Below are positions 33,572-43,850 of a stretch of DNA of 64,000 nucleotides, in pieces. The position numbers and the translations under genes are program-made. Location: assembly GCA_963719315.1 (NCBI GenBank), contig CAVRBU010000002.1:1984001-2048000 (forward strand). Reading direction: 5' to 3'. The stretch comes from an uncultured Planctomycetota bacterium (lineage in GTDB: Bacteria; Planctomycetota; Planctomycetia; Pirellulales; Lacipirellulaceae). Every line of letters begins with the position of its first letter. Positions within the stretch are counted from its first letter, which is position 1. Under the pieces are notes generated by a model. That model made no database searches. It saw only the letters and a program-made list of their open reading frames with translations, and was not told where the DNA came from.

Positions 33572-34771
33572 TTAAATTGGCAGGACATCGAGGTCCGTGC
33601 CGGCTTTGAATCGTCGCGGCTCGGCCGGCAGGCGGACCAGGCCGTTTGACCGGGCGAGGGTGGCCAGGTCGGCCGAGCCGTGCCAGGGCAGGATTTCGAC
33701 CGCGAATTCAGAGCCGTTCTCATGGAGCAACGCCGGGAGACAGGCCGCTCGGCCGCCGGCGTGATCGTAAGCGCGGGTCAATTTTGCGCGGACGGCCGAC
33801 AACTGAGAGAACCCGCGACTGGCCAGAGTGGCGATTGCGGGACGCACGAACAGCTCGAAGCAGACGAGGCTGCTTACCGGATTGCCGGGCAGGCCAAACA
33901 CCAGCACATTTCGCGGGCCGCTTTTTTTGACGCCGAACCACAAGGGCTTGCCGGGGCGGAGCGCAACTTTGTGAAACACTTGCTCGACGCCGAGCTCGGC
34001 CAGCACTTGCGGAACGAGGTCGAACTTGCCGGCGGAGACGCCGCCACTGAGGACGAGCACATCGGCCGTGAGTCCTTGGTTAACGCGGCGAATCAAGTCT
34101 TCATGTGTATCGCGAGCGGTGGTGATTTCGATGGCGTGCGTCCCGGCGCGCGTGCCGGCGGCCACAAGCATGGGGCCATTGCTGTTGCGAATCTGGCCGT
34201 CGCCCGGTTTTTCACCGACTGCGACTAACTCATTGCCCGTTGGTAGAATTGCGAGTTGCGGCCGCGGCGTCACAAAGACAGCGTCGTGTCCCGTTTCGGC
34301 CAGGATGGCGATTTCAATCGGCCGGACGACGGCGCCGTTTCGCAAAACGATATCGCCCGCGCGCATCGATGTGCCGAGGGGCAGCACGTTGTGGCCGCGC
34401 GGCGGATCGACTTGCTGCAAGCGGACCGTCGTGCTGTCGACAAGCTCTGTTTGTTCGACGGGCACGATGGCATCGGCGCCCTCGGGCATCGGCGCACCCG
34501 TCATGATCCGCGAGGCGGCGCCGGGCGTGAGCGCGAGACGAGGCACGGCGCCGGCGGCGATTTCTTCCAGAATCCGCCGCTGCGGCTCACGATCGAGGCT
34601 CCGAACGGCGTAGCCATCCATCATGGCCTTGTCGTAAGGGGGCGAATCGATGTCGCTGGCGATGTCTTCGGCGAGCACCAGCCCCGCGGCTTCGCCCAGC
34701 GGAACACGCCGCGGCGCAAGCGGCGAGCAGTGTTTCTCTACAAGGTCGAGTGCTTCTTCGACAGACAACAT
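33572..34771 (-). CDS. moeA: Molybdopterin molybdotransferase MoeA
   Basis: Motifs AMMDGYAVR, IMTGAPMPEGADA, TGNEL, SGGVSAGKFD, PGKP, LPGNPVS. Confidence 0.95.
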   Translation of the reverse strand: MLSVEEALDLVEKHCSPLAPRRVPLGEAAGLVLAEDIASDIDSPPYDKAMMDGYAVRSLDREPQRRILEEIAAGAVPRLALTPGAASRIMTGAPMPEGADAIVPVEQTELVDSTTVRLQQVDPPRGHNVLPLGTSMRAGDIVLRNGAVVRPIEIAILAETGHDAVFVTPRPQLAILPTGNELVAVGEKPGDGQIRNSNGPMLVAAGTRAGTHAIEITTARDTHEDLIRRVNQGLTADVLVLSGGVSAGKFDLVPQVLAELGVEQVFHKVALRPGKPLWFGVKKSGPRNVLVFGLPGNPVSSLVCFELFVRPAIATLASRGFSQLSAVRAKLTRAYDHAGGRAACLPALLHENGSEFAVEILPWHGSADLATLARSNGLVRLPAEPRRFKAGTDLDVLPI

Positions 34772-34930
34772 ACGATTAACCGCAAATGACTCGAGGTACA
34801 CGAAGAAGAAAGAAGAATGAGGTTATTCCTTTAACCGCTCATGATCGCTATTCATTCGCTCATGGAAAAATGACTTCGTCAAAGGGCTGGTGCTTTGCGT
34901 CATTTGGGGTGAAATAAAAGCTTCATGCCG

Positions 34931-35503
34931 CTAGGAACGCGCGAAGATATTGTAGCCGGAGTGGGTGAGGAAGCTCTCTGGATGGAACTGCACGCCGAAG
35001 AGTGGGGATTCGCGGTGGGCGATGCCCATGATCTCGCGGTAGCCGCCAGGTTCCTCGGCCCAGGCAGTGACTTTGAATTCCGCGGGGAGCGTGTCGGGTT
35101 GAATCACCAGGCTGTGATAACGCGTAGCTTGGAACGGATTGTCGAGACCGGCGAACAGCCGCTGGCCATCGTGGTGGATCATGTCGGTCTTACCGTGCAT
35201 GAGATGCTTGGCGCGGACGATCTTGGCGCCGAAGGCCTGGCCCATCGATTGATGGCCGAGGCAGACGCCCAGCAGCGGCAGGCGGCCCTTCAAGCGTTGG
35301 CAACATTCGACCGAAATGCCGGCTTCAGTCGGTGTGCACGGACCGGGGGAGATGATGACGCGATCCGGCTTGCGGTCGAGGATTTCATCGACCGTGATTT
35401 GATCGTTGCGGTGGACTTGGATGTTGAGCGACGAGTCGATCTCGCCCAACCTCTGGACGAGGTTGTAAGTGAAGGAGTCGTAATTATCGATGAGGAGGAT
35501 CAC
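34931..35503 (-). CDS. trpG: Anthranilate/aminodeoxychorismate synthase component II (glutamine amidotransferase, TrpG/PabA)
   Basis: Motifs IDNYDSFTYNL, SPGPCTP, GVCLGHQ, RYHSL, QFHPES. GTG start. The last few codons may be frameshifted. Confidence 0.92.
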   Translation of the reverse strand: MILLIDNYDSFTYNLVQRLGEIDSSLNIQVHRNDQITVDEILDRKPDRVIISPGPCTPTEAGISVECCQRLKGRLPLLGVCLGHQSMGQAFGAKIVRAKHLMHGKTDMIHHDGQRLFAGLDNPFQATRYHSLVIQPDTLPAEFKVTAWAEEPGGYREIMGIAHRESPLFGVQFHPESFLTHSGYNIFARS

Positions 35504-35616
35504 GGAGGAGGATACGGGATGCAAGGGACAGGGGCAGGGGAACTGTCGGTAAGTTTAGTCGAGTGATTGATGGCGGGCCAGAACGGGTGTTGAAGGTGGT
35601 GGGTCGATGCGGTCCA

Positions 35617-36840
35617 ATGGCGGCCATGAAAGCGAAACGAAAATCAAATAGCAGAGCGACACCGGCTGTGAACGATGCCGAAGCGCTCAAAATGGTCATG
35701 GAGATGATGGCTATTCCTGGCCGCAGTGGCGAGGAGGCGGCCATTATGGGTTTCATTCGGCGAAAGTTGAAGAATGCGGGAGTCGCGGCGAGCGCGCTGG
35801 CGGTGGATGACGCCCATCTTCGCGTGCCGCTTAAGGGGCAGGTCGGGAATCTGGTGCTGAAACTGCCGGGCACGGTGCGCGGGCCGCGACGAATGTTGTG
35901 TGCACACGTAGACACGGTGCCTATCTGCGTGGGTTCGCGCCCCGTAAAAAAAGGAAAGTATGTAGTCAGTGCGAACAAGAAGACGGGGCTGGGGGCCGAT
36001 GACCGCGCGGGGGCGGCGGTCGTGATGGCGACGGCCCTTGATATTCTCCGAGGCAAACTGCCGCATCCGCCGTTGACGTTCTTGTGGACGATTGAGGAAG
36101 AAGTCGGCCTGTACGGCGCTCGATTCGTGCGGCTGGCAAAGCTCGGCAAGCCGACGCTGGCCTTCAATTTCGATGGCGGCTCGCCGACCGTGCTCAAGGT
36201 CGGCGCGACGGGCGGGTATCGGATGACGATCGAAATCGAAGGCTTGGCGAGTCACGCTGGCAATCGGCCTGAGGAAGGCGTGAGCGCGATCGCGATTGCT
36301 TCGCTCGCTATCGCCGACCTGGTGCAAAATGGCTGGCATGGTTTGATCGAGCAGGATGGCTGCGCCGGCACGAGCAATGTCGGCGTGATACAGGGCGGCG
36401 ATGCGACGAACGTGGTGACCGATCATGTGCGGATTCGCGCGGAGGCCCGCAGTCACGATCCGAAATTCCGCGAGCGAATCGTGAAAGAGATCGAGTCCGC
36501 CTTCAAGCGGGCGGCGGCCGCGGTGCGGAACTCGGCCGGCAAATGCGGCAGCATGACATTCGATGGCAAGCTCGACTACGAGTCGTTTCGGCTCGCGCCG
36601 AATGAGCCTTGCGTCATCGCGGCAACGACGGCGATTGAGGCGGAAGGTATGAAGGCGGAGTTGGCTGTGACGAACGGTGGCCTCGACGCCAATTGGCTCA
36701 CGGCCCACGGAATTCCGACCGTGACGCTCGGCTGTGGCCAGCGGAATATCCACACAGCGGCCGAAGAACTCGACATCGCGGAGTTTCAACAGGCCCGGCG
36801 GATCGCACTTCGGCTAGCCACGGCGGCCGTTTCTCAGTAG
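35617..36840 (+). CDS. M20 family metallopeptidase (peptidase T-like)
   Basis: Metal ligands AHVDTV, GADDRAG, EEE.GL, SHAG..PE.G, GGLDAN, NIHT..E. Confidence 0.9.
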   Translation: MAAMKAKRKSNSRATPAVNDAEALKMVMEMMAIPGRSGEEAAIMGFIRRKLKNAGVAASALAVDDAHLRVPLKGQVGNLVLKLPGTVRGPRRMLCAHVDTVPICVGSRPVKKGKYVVSANKKTGLGADDRAGAAVVMATALDILRGKLPHPPLTFLWTIEEEVGLYGARFVRLAKLGKPTLAFNFDGGSPTVLKVGATGGYRMTIEIEGLASHAGNRPEEGVSAIAIASLAIADLVQNGWHGLIEQDGCAGTSNVGVIQGGDATNVVTDHVRIRAEARSHDPKFRERIVKEIESAFKRAAAAVRNSAGKCGSMTFDGKLDYESFRLAPNEPCVIAATTAIEAEGMKAELAVTNGGLDANWLTAHGIPTVTLGCGQRNIHTAAEELDIAEFQQARRIALRLATAAVSQ

Positions 36841-36977
36841 GGTAAGTGGTTCTACCTACGCCGCCAAAACTGGGCGAATTGCCGGGGAATGGGGTTCTGC
36901 TGGGCAGTGAATTCGGCGTCGCCGCCGACGCTGTGGGGTGCCTGTCCCTTGTTTCCTGATTTCCGTATCCTTCCTCC

Positions 36978-38795
36978 ATGATCGACCCTAAGTTCATTCG
37001 CAATTTCTCGATCGTCGCGCATATCGACCACGGCAAAAGCACGTTGGCCGATCGGCTGTTGGAGATCACGGGCACGGTGAGCCGGCGCGAGATGAAGGAG
37101 CAACTGCTCGACGCCATGGCCCTGGAGCGCGAGCGAGGCATCACGATCAAAGCGCACCCGGTCTCGATGAAGTACACGAAGAACGGGCAGGAGTATGAGC
37201 TGAATCTCATCGACACGCCAGGGCACGTGGATTTTCATTACGAGGTTTCTCGTGCGCTCGTGTGTTGCGAAGGGGCCGTGCTGCTGGTCGATGCGTTTCA
37301 AGGGGTCGAAGCGCAGACAGTAGCCAATGCCTACGCGGCGATGCAGCACGAATTGGTGATTATCCCCGTGATCAACAAGATCGATCTAACGCACGCGCGA
37401 GTGGATGAAGTCAAGGAAGAGATCGAGCATACGCTGGCGATCGACTCTGATGAGGTGGTCGGTTGCAGCGCGAAGACCGGCCTGAATTGCGAAGCGGTGT
37501 TGGAAGCCGTGCTCCAGCGCGTGCCGCCGCCGAAGGGTGATCCCAAAGCGGTGTTGCAGGCGATGGTGTTCGACTCGGTGTATGACGAGTATCGCGGGGC
37601 CGTCACGTATGTGCGAATCATGAACGGCACCGTGCGCAAGGGATCGCGGATCAAATTTTTGCAAGCGAACACGACCCACGAAGTGATCGAGATTGGCCAA
37701 TTCACTCCGCAGCGCGTCAGCCGTGACGAGCTAAGCGCCGGCCAGGTGGGCTACCTGATTTGCAACATCAAGTCGCTGGGCAATGTGCATATCGGCGATA
37801 CGATTACAGTGGCCGACGGCGAACCGGCGACCGCCTTAGCCGGGTATCATGAGCCCAAGCGGATGGTGTTTTGCGGACTTTATCCGTCGGATGGGCAGGA
37901 TTTTGAGCAATTGCGCGAAGCGCTCGATAAGCTGTCGATCAACGATCCGAGTTTCGAGTTCGAGCCGGAATCGAGCGATGCGCTAGGGTTCGGCTTCCGC
38001 TGCGGCTTCTTGGGTCTGTTGCACATGGAGATCGTGCAGCAACGATTGGAACAAGACTCGGATATCGACCTGGTGCAAACGGCGCCGAACGTGACCTACG
38101 AAATCACGAATGTTCGAGGCGAGGTCCTGGAAATTCATACGCCGCAGAAGGTGCCCGATCAAGGCGAGATCGAAGAGTTCCGCCAGCCAATCGTCCGCGT
38201 GAACTTCGTGCTGCCGACGGAATACATCGGACCGATCATGAAGCTCTGCACCGACCGGCGGGGCGAATATGTGCGCACCGAGTATCTCTCGCCCACGCGG
38301 GCGATGCTCACGTACGACCTGGCCCTGGCGGACGTGGTCTATGACATGCACGATAAGCTCAAGAGCGCCACGCGCGGTTACGGCACGATGGATTACGAGT
38401 TGCTGGGCTACCGGCCGGGCGAATTGGTGCGGCTCGATATTTTGGTGAAGGGGGAACGGGTCGACGCGCTGTCGATCATCTGTGACAAACGCGATGCGGA
38501 CGTGCGTGGCCGGGCCGTCATCAAGAAGCTCAAACAGGAAATCCCGCGGCACATGTTCGAGGTGCCGCTGCAGGCGGCGATCGGCACGCGGATCATCGCC
38601 CGCGAAACGATCAGTGCGATGCGAAAGAACGTGACGGCCAAGTGCTATGGCGGCGATATCAGCCGCAAACGCAAGCTCTGGGAGAAGCAGAAAGAAGGCA
38701 AGAAGCGGATGAAGTCGATCGGCCAGGTCGATATTCCGCAAAAGGCGTTCTTGGCCGTGCTGGAAACGGGCGAAGAAGAAGGCAAGAAGAAGTAA
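36978..38795 (+). CDS. lepA: Elongation factor 4 (LepA)
   Basis: Motifs IRNFSIVAHIDHGKSTLADRL, DTPGHVDF, NKID, GFRCGFLGLLH, KCYGGDISRKRKL. Confidence 0.98.
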   Translation: MIDPKFIRNFSIVAHIDHGKSTLADRLLEITGTVSRREMKEQLLDAMALERERGITIKAHPVSMKYTKNGQEYELNLIDTPGHVDFHYEVSRALVCCEGAVLLVDAFQGVEAQTVANAYAAMQHELVIIPVINKIDLTHARVDEVKEEIEHTLAIDSDEVVGCSAKTGLNCEAVLEAVLQRVPPPKGDPKAVLQAMVFDSVYDEYRGAVTYVRIMNGTVRKGSRIKFLQANTTHEVIEIGQFTPQRVSRDELSAGQVGYLICNIKSLGNVHIGDTITVADGEPATALAGYHEPKRMVFCGLYPSDGQDFEQLREALDKLSINDPSFEFEPESSDALGFGFRCGFLGLLHMEIVQQRLEQDSDIDLVQTAPNVTYEITNVRGEVLEIHTPQKVPDQGEIEEFRQPIVRVNFVLPTEYIGPIMKLCTDRRGEYVRTEYLSPTRAMLTYDLALADVVYDMHDKLKSATRGYGTMDYELLGYRPGELVRLDILVKGERVDALSIICDKRDADVRGRAVIKKLKQEIPRHMFEVPLQAAIGTRIIARETISAMRKNVTAKCYGGDISRKRKLWEKQKEGKKRMKSIGQVDIPQKAFLAVLETGEEEGKKK

Positions 38796-38839
38796 CGCTC
38801 AGCGTGCGCGAGAGCCATCTCACCACGTTAGTGGATGCC

Positions 38840-38949
38840 AAAATAAAAACCAAGCGGCGGGCGAAGCTCCCCGACGTCGACCAAGTTGGCGGTCACACGT
38901 CGGCTCGCCGCAATCCTGAAGAGTGCGGAGTTTGGAGATTCGCCCGCCG
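38840..38949 (-). terminator. Probable branched intrinsic terminator for the minus-strand gene 39146-39499
   Basis: CGGCGGGCGAA (38855-65) pairs with TTCGCCCGCCG (38939-49). On the minus strand the stem is followed by CTTGGTTTTTATTTT. Confidence 0.5.
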
Positions 38950-39145
38950 GTCCGGTTGTCGGCCAGCCGCTTCTTCCATCCAGGTCCGCGGACGCATGAT
39001 TGCCGGCAGATAATGCCTGCGAATCCACGTCGGCCGAGCAGGGATGGCTGTTGACAGTTGGCCAGGAATAAGTAGTTGTCGTTCGTCGAAGTTCAATGAG
39101 TAAGCGGATGCGCTCGTAGCGAGCGCGTCCGCCGTTGTTATCGGA

Positions 39146-39499
39146 TTACCGCAAAAACGTGGAATAACTGGTCTGGTAAACGATGTGGGGCTGGCCATAG
39201 CAGTCGTACACCGTTACCGGGTAGCTGATTGGTTTCAGGCATGGATAACTTGAATAGGTCGGATAGCACGACGAGTAACTTGTTGGATAGCACGAGGAGT
39301 AGTACGACGGGAAGCGGCTCGTCGTTCTGCAATAGTTAAAATTGTTGTGCTGGGGAAAGCAGAATGAAGAGCTTTTGATGTTGCAATGGTTGCTGTTGCC
39401 AGATCCGCCGGCTTGAGCAGGCGTGGCAGTCTCGCCGATAGCAAGGACGGCAACCGAACCAATCACAACCAAAGACCGGATTATGCGAAGGGCGTTCAT
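39146..39499 (-). CDS. Small secreted Tyr/Ser/Cys-rich protein with internal repeats
   Basis: Signal peptide ending AQA; SYYSSCYPT-SYSSCYPT-YSSYP repeats; C-terminal YPVTVYDCYGQPHIVYQT. Confidence 0.7.
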   Translation of the reverse strand: MNALRIIRSLVVIGSVAVLAIGETATPAQAGGSGNSNHCNIKSSSFCFPQHNNFNYCRTTSRFPSYYSSCYPTSYSSCYPTYSSYPCLKPISYPVTVYDCYGQPHIVYQTSYSTFLR

Positions 39500-39691
39500 C
39501 GTATTTTCTCTTTTGAAGTGGCGAACAGAAAAACCGGGTCACGCGACCCGTTCGCCATCTCTTACGGAGAAAAAACGAAGTGTTACAGCGCACAAACGGA
39601 TAGCTGAATTCTTGCGATTTCAGCTACTTTAGGCCCGATTGGGGCTCGAATTTCACGAAACCAGCCACCCTTGCCATTGGTGCCTACCTGC

Positions 39692-39910
39692 TCACCACTG
39701 CGGCGGCGGCGTGTAAGGCGCGACGGGCACCGGCGTGCCATAGTTGACCGGGGCCGTGGCGCAGGGGTTGCAAGTCGGTTGACAGGGCGGCGGGCAGGCA
39801 GGCGCGGGATAGGCGACTACGGCCGGGCGGCGAAGCCAATTGCAGCAGCAACAACCAGCACTGCTGCAGGCGACAGCAAGAATCGCTGTCAGCAGCGTCA
39901 TCCTCTTCAT
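39692..39910 (-). CDS. Small Cys/Pro-rich lipoprotein-like peptide
   Basis: SD AAGGAG; signal peptide with SAGC lipobox running into CCCC; CPPPCQPTCNPC. Confidence 0.75.
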   Translation of the reverse strand: MKRMTLLTAILAVACSSAGCCCCNWLRRPAVVAYPAPACPPPCQPTCNPCATAPVNYGTPVPVAPYTPPPQW

Positions 39911-40149
39911 TGCTTGTGTCTCCTTACGAGGAAAGCGAATCCATTGAGACCTTTACGGCGAGCTCCGCACGGTGGTTCAGTGCTGGCAATGAGCCCACGC
40001 GATGGCAAAAAATTCGCCACTCAACCCTACCCGCTGCGGTGTGATGTGCAAACGCAACCGTGGTGAAAACGCAACAAATGTTGCTGCGCGATGATGCGCA
40101 TGACGACTGTGCGGGTTGTACGGGCGCCAGCATGAATGCCGGACCAAAA

Positions 40150-40233
40150 GTAGGTCCCACTTGCCGAGCGGGATCCGAACTCGCTTTTCAATCTTACGAA
40201 TTCGTTCAGGTCCCTTCCGGCTAAGGGACCTAC
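40150..40233. repeat. GTAG-type REP pair (copy 2 of the GTAGGTCC family)
   Basis: GTAGGTCCCACTTGCCGAGCGGGATC ... GGTCCCTTCCGGCTAAGGGACCTAC. The element supplies the stop codon of the S8 gene. Confidence 0.75.
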
Positions 40234-42107
40234 CAAGACTTCGTAAGCAACGCCGAACGCTGAGGCAGGGTCGCGAATGGTAGTCTGCGGGAGCGACCTA
40301 GAACGCAGAGAATTGCCGCTCCAAATACACCAAGCACAAACGCGGACGGCTCCGGCACGCTAGTGGACCAGGCCAGGCCGTATTTGGTGAAGTTCGCGTC
40401 GCCCACGAAATCGAACAGCTCTTCGGTCCAACGGACGCGGAGCATGTATTGACCAGTCGCGGGAATCGCGAAACTAAAGTGCTCCGTATTGTTGTAACGG
40501 CTGTCGGAGGCAGATATCAGGTTCAATGCCTCGCCGCCGAGCGTATTCCACAACTCCAAATCAAGATTGTCGAAACTCGCCTCGGTGAAACTCGTCGTGC
40601 CGCTGGGCAGCCGGTCGCGAAACCAGGTGAGCGTGGCCGTGAACAACTCGCCGGTCTTGAGTGGATTCGTGATCAGATAATCGTTCGTGAGGCCTTCGCC
40701 CACTTGTCCGAAATCCCAACCAATCGAGTTGACGTTGCCCATCGACCCTTGCGATGTGCCGAGCACGTCCGTCGTGCCGCTCAGAAGTTGATCGAAGGCG
40801 CGGTTGAGGTCCATGCGGCCGGCGCCGACGAGATTGTCAAGGCCACGCGTCGTGAGGACGCCGCCCAAGCCGTTAGGATTCGCGGTCTGACCGTTGTCCC
40901 AGCCCTGCGTTTTGTCGGCCGAGTTCATCAGCACGGCCTTCATCACGCGCGAGTCGCGGGCATCGGGCGTGGCGCCGAGCTGGGCGTAGGCGGCATCGTA
41001 CAGAAGTGCGGCGCCGCCGGCGACTGTGGGCGCGGCGAAGCTCGTGCCGTTGATGTTGCGGGAGTAATAGTTCGGCCCACCCGGCGGATCGCTCGAGCCG
41101 GATGGGTTGCCGCCGGTTTGGCCGCCATAATAGGCGGAGGAAAAGTTTTCGCCGGGGGCCGCGATATCGACGACCTGCCGCACGGCGGTGACGCGGCCGT
41201 TTACTGGGTCGTAATAATCGTTCGGGCCGCCGTTGGTGAAGTAACTGGGCAAGTCAAAGGCGCCGCCGTTGGGGCCGAGGGCGGCAACGGTCATGTTGTT
41301 GTATGCGCTGGCGGCGTTGGGAATGCGATTCGGGCCTACGCCGGAGGGCACCGTATTGCCGGCCGCCCAAGTGAGCAGCGTTCGCGGATTGGTGCTGATC
41401 AGGGCATCGAGCGTGCCGCTCAAGTTGTCGATTCCGGCCAGTTCGTACGAGCCAGCGCCGCCGACCCAACTCGAGTTGATGACATCGGCTGGCCGCATGC
41501 CAGCGCCAGCGGGGACGCCCGTCATGAACGCGGCGCGATAGGGGCCGAAGGTTGAGATGCCATTGAAGTCCAGAAAGAACGAGGTCGTGAACGAGCCGTC
41601 GTTGGGCCAGCTCGTCGCGATAGCACCCGAATCGAGTTGGGCGCCCGGGGCCAGTCCTTGTTGGTATTCGCCCGGGGCGACGCCACTGAGGCGGCCGCCC
41701 ATGATCATTCCGACCCAGGTCGCGTGGCGATCGACTTGCCCCGCGGCGCCGCTGGTTGGAATGTTAGCGACTTGAGTGAGTGATTCGTGCCCGTTCCAAA
41801 TATAGCCGGCTTCGATGTTGGCCATCACGGCGTTCGCGCCGGTGTAGCCCGCGTTGTAAAAGCGGTCTGCGCCTAACAGCGTGTTGAGATTGTAAGTGCC
41901 GGTGAAGAAACCAGGCTGAGGCGAGGGAAGAGGGTTCTGCAGATACAGGTCGGAATGGGCCTGGTCTGGGCCGGCGGACTGAGCAACGGCTGGTCCGCAG
42001 ATGGCGACAAGAGTTGCCATGCAAACCAGGATCGTAACAGCGATTGGCCACGGCGCGAGCGCATGCCAAGCGCTGCGTGTGGAGACGCACCAGGTTGTCC
42101 GATTCAT
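40230..42107 (-). CDS. S8 (subtilisin-like) serine peptidase with PEP-CTERM anchor
   Basis: NIEAG (acid), HATWVG (His), AAGN (oxyanion), VDIAAPG, GTSFAAP (Ser), KAVLMNSA; C-terminal VPEP + TM + RSRR. Confidence 0.88.
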   Translation of the reverse strand: MNRTTWCVSTRSAWHALAPWPIAVTILVCMATLVAICGPAVAQSAGPDQAHSDLYLQNPLPSPQPGFFTGTYNLNTLLGADRFYNAGYTGANAVMANIEAGYIWNGHESLTQVANIPTSGAAGQVDRHATWVGMIMGGRLSGVAPGEYQQGLAPGAQLDSGAIATSWPNDGSFTTSFFLDFNGISTFGPYRAAFMTGVPAGAGMRPADVINSSWVGGAGSYELAGIDNLSGTLDALISTNPRTLLTWAAGNTVPSGVGPNRIPNAASAYNNMTVAALGPNGGAFDLPSYFTNGGPNDYYDPVNGRVTAVRQVVDIAAPGENFSSAYYGGQTGGNPSGSSDPPGGPNYYSRNINGTSFAAPTVAGGAALLYDAAYAQLGATPDARDSRVMKAVLMNSADKTQGWDNGQTANPNGLGGVLTTRGLDNLVGAGRMDLNRAFDQLLSGTTDVLGTSQGSMGNVNSIGWDFGQVGEGLTNDYLITNPLKTGELFTATLTWFRDRLPSGTTSFTEASFDNLDLELWNTLGGEALNLISASDSRYNNTEHFSFAIPATGQYMLRVRWTEELFDFVGDANFTKYGLAWSTSVPEPSAFVLGVFGAAILCVLGRSRRLPFATLPQRSALLTKSW

Positions 42108-42382
42108 TAGCGACGCTCGATGAGCTGGAAATCGGCGCGGGCCGTGCGCGAAGAGTTCTGTTCCGTAGCCGGCCGCCGGACCGGCGCGAATTGCGGCCGC
42201 CGCAAATCGCAATTTCTATTCTAACTGGAAATTCTTCGGGCTCAATGAAATTGACTGGGAATGGAGGGCTAGGAGGCCGTTCGCTCATGCGATTGCCGCG
42301 AAAAGGCACGAAAAGGCTCAAAAAAGCAGGTGGGCGGGCGTTGTGGTTTCACAACGAGGTGGTTTTGTGCCTTATTTGGCTG

Positions 42383-42496
42383 CCCGTTCGGCGCGGGTCT
42401 CCCGACCCCGCCGATAGCGTGACCGTAGGTCTCCAAGGCGGAAGGGAGACCTGCGGTCGTTCGCGGTGCGGGGTCGGGAGACCCGCGCACAACGGG
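42383..42496. repeat. Long REP-like palindromic element
   Basis: GCGCGGGTCTCCCGACCCCGC..GACCGTAGGTCTCC / GGAGACCTGCGGTC..GCGGGGTCGGGAGACCCGCGC. Confidence 0.8.
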
Positions 42497-42513
42497 TCAG
42501 GCTATAGCTTGAC

Positions 42514-43797
42514 CTAAGCGATGTTGAAGATTTGTTCGACGTTGCCGCGGAGCACCAGTTGGCCGAAGTCGACGGCTTGTTGCTCGCTCCAACCGCGTTC
42601 GATGACAAACCGCTCGGCCAGAAGTTTGGCCAGGATCCGTTTGTACATGGCGAACTTCGGCAGGCAGAATTCGAGCTTGTAAGCGTCGCTGTAGTAGCCG
42701 ATCTGTTTGGTTTGCGGCACCGCTTCGAGTCGGGCGGCGGCGTCATGCTCGATGTAGGCCAGCGTGTTCGAGTACCACCAGTGGCCGTTCGTGACGACGT
42801 TCGGGAAAATCCAGGCGTAGCTTATCAGCTCCTGGTTCGTGACGCTCGCGAGCACGGAGATCGGAAACGTAACTTGCGGGAAGGCGTTGAACAGTTCGCC
42901 GTATTGGATCAGCGAGACGCGGCTGTCGTAGAGGTCCTGGCCTTGATAGACGCCGCCGCGATAGACGGCGCGGTTGACACCGATCATCAAGTCGAACGGC
43001 AGTTTGAATTCGGCACAGAATTCGGCGAGCGTCCAGAAGACAAAGTTGACGAGTGTTTCGGAGGATGATTTGTTGGTGGCGTCTTTAACAATACTTGAGA
43101 ACGCGGCTGCGGCGGCTTGGGCTGAGCACGGCGCGGGTGCAAACGACGGCGGCAGCGAGATCGCGCAGGCCCGCGCGCCTTTACCGACGAAGTGCATGAA
43201 CAATCGGCCGATCGCCGAACGCAGCGACGCGGCATCGCGGACATCGGTATCCGTCGCCTTTTCCAGCCGCTGCCGGACTTCCGCATTGCCGAGGTGAAAA
43301 ACGAGATCATCGGTACGCAGGCAGGGGATGTAACGTTTCGTGTCGAAGCCGGTCAGCGGGTCGTCGAAGTTGTTCGTGAGGAACACGGCATCCAGCTTCG
43401 TGCGATCGAGCACCTGCTGCTCCCAATTCGGCTGGGCCATTATCCTCCCGGCCGCGTCGTAGAGCGACTCCCAATTGCTGGGTGTCAGTTGCTCGTCGGC
43501 CGGAAAGTCAAAAAACGTGCGGGCCAATTCAAGCAGCCAACTGTATTGCACGGTGTTCCGCAGCGGCTCGATCCGGGCCACGAGGCGGCGCACTTTTTCC
43601 TTCGGTTCGAGCCCCGGCTCTTCGATCTCAGCCCGCGGCATGCCGGCCGAATGGATCAACTCCGTGTAATAGTGATAACCGAGGATATCGGCCAGCGTTT
43701 TCGACGCGGCCGTTTTGGGCTCGATGTGCGAATGCGGGTCGATGAGCCGGATGGAATCGAGCTCGGCGAAAAGGCGTTGGCGAAGTTGGTCGGACAT
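42514..43797 (-). CDS. Amidohydrolase-superfamily protein, uronate (glucuronate) isomerase-like
   Basis: IDPHSH metal motif, YHYYTEL, GHWWY, YYSDAYKLEF..PKF; resembles the UxaC-type family. Confidence 0.75.
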   Translation of the reverse strand: MSDQLRQRLFAELDSIRLIDPHSHIEPKTAASKTLADILGYHYYTELIHSAGMPRAEIEEPGLEPKEKVRRLVARIEPLRNTVQYSWLLELARTFFDFPADEQLTPSNWESLYDAAGRIMAQPNWEQQVLDRTKLDAVFLTNNFDDPLTGFDTKRYIPCLRTDDLVFHLGNAEVRQRLEKATDTDVRDAASLRSAIGRLFMHFVGKGARACAISLPPSFAPAPCSAQAAAAAFSSIVKDATNKSSSETLVNFVFWTLAEFCAEFKLPFDLMIGVNRAVYRGGVYQGQDLYDSRVSLIQYGELFNAFPQVTFPISVLASVTNQELISYAWIFPNVVTNGHWWYSNTLAYIEHDAAARLEAVPQTKQIGYYSDAYKLEFCLPKFAMYKRILAKLLAERFVIERGWSEQQAVDFGQLVLRGNVEQIFNIA

Positions 43798-43850
43798 TGG
43801 CGGTATTTCGGATTTCGGATTTGAGTTTAGCGTCGGCGGCATCGCCGAAT

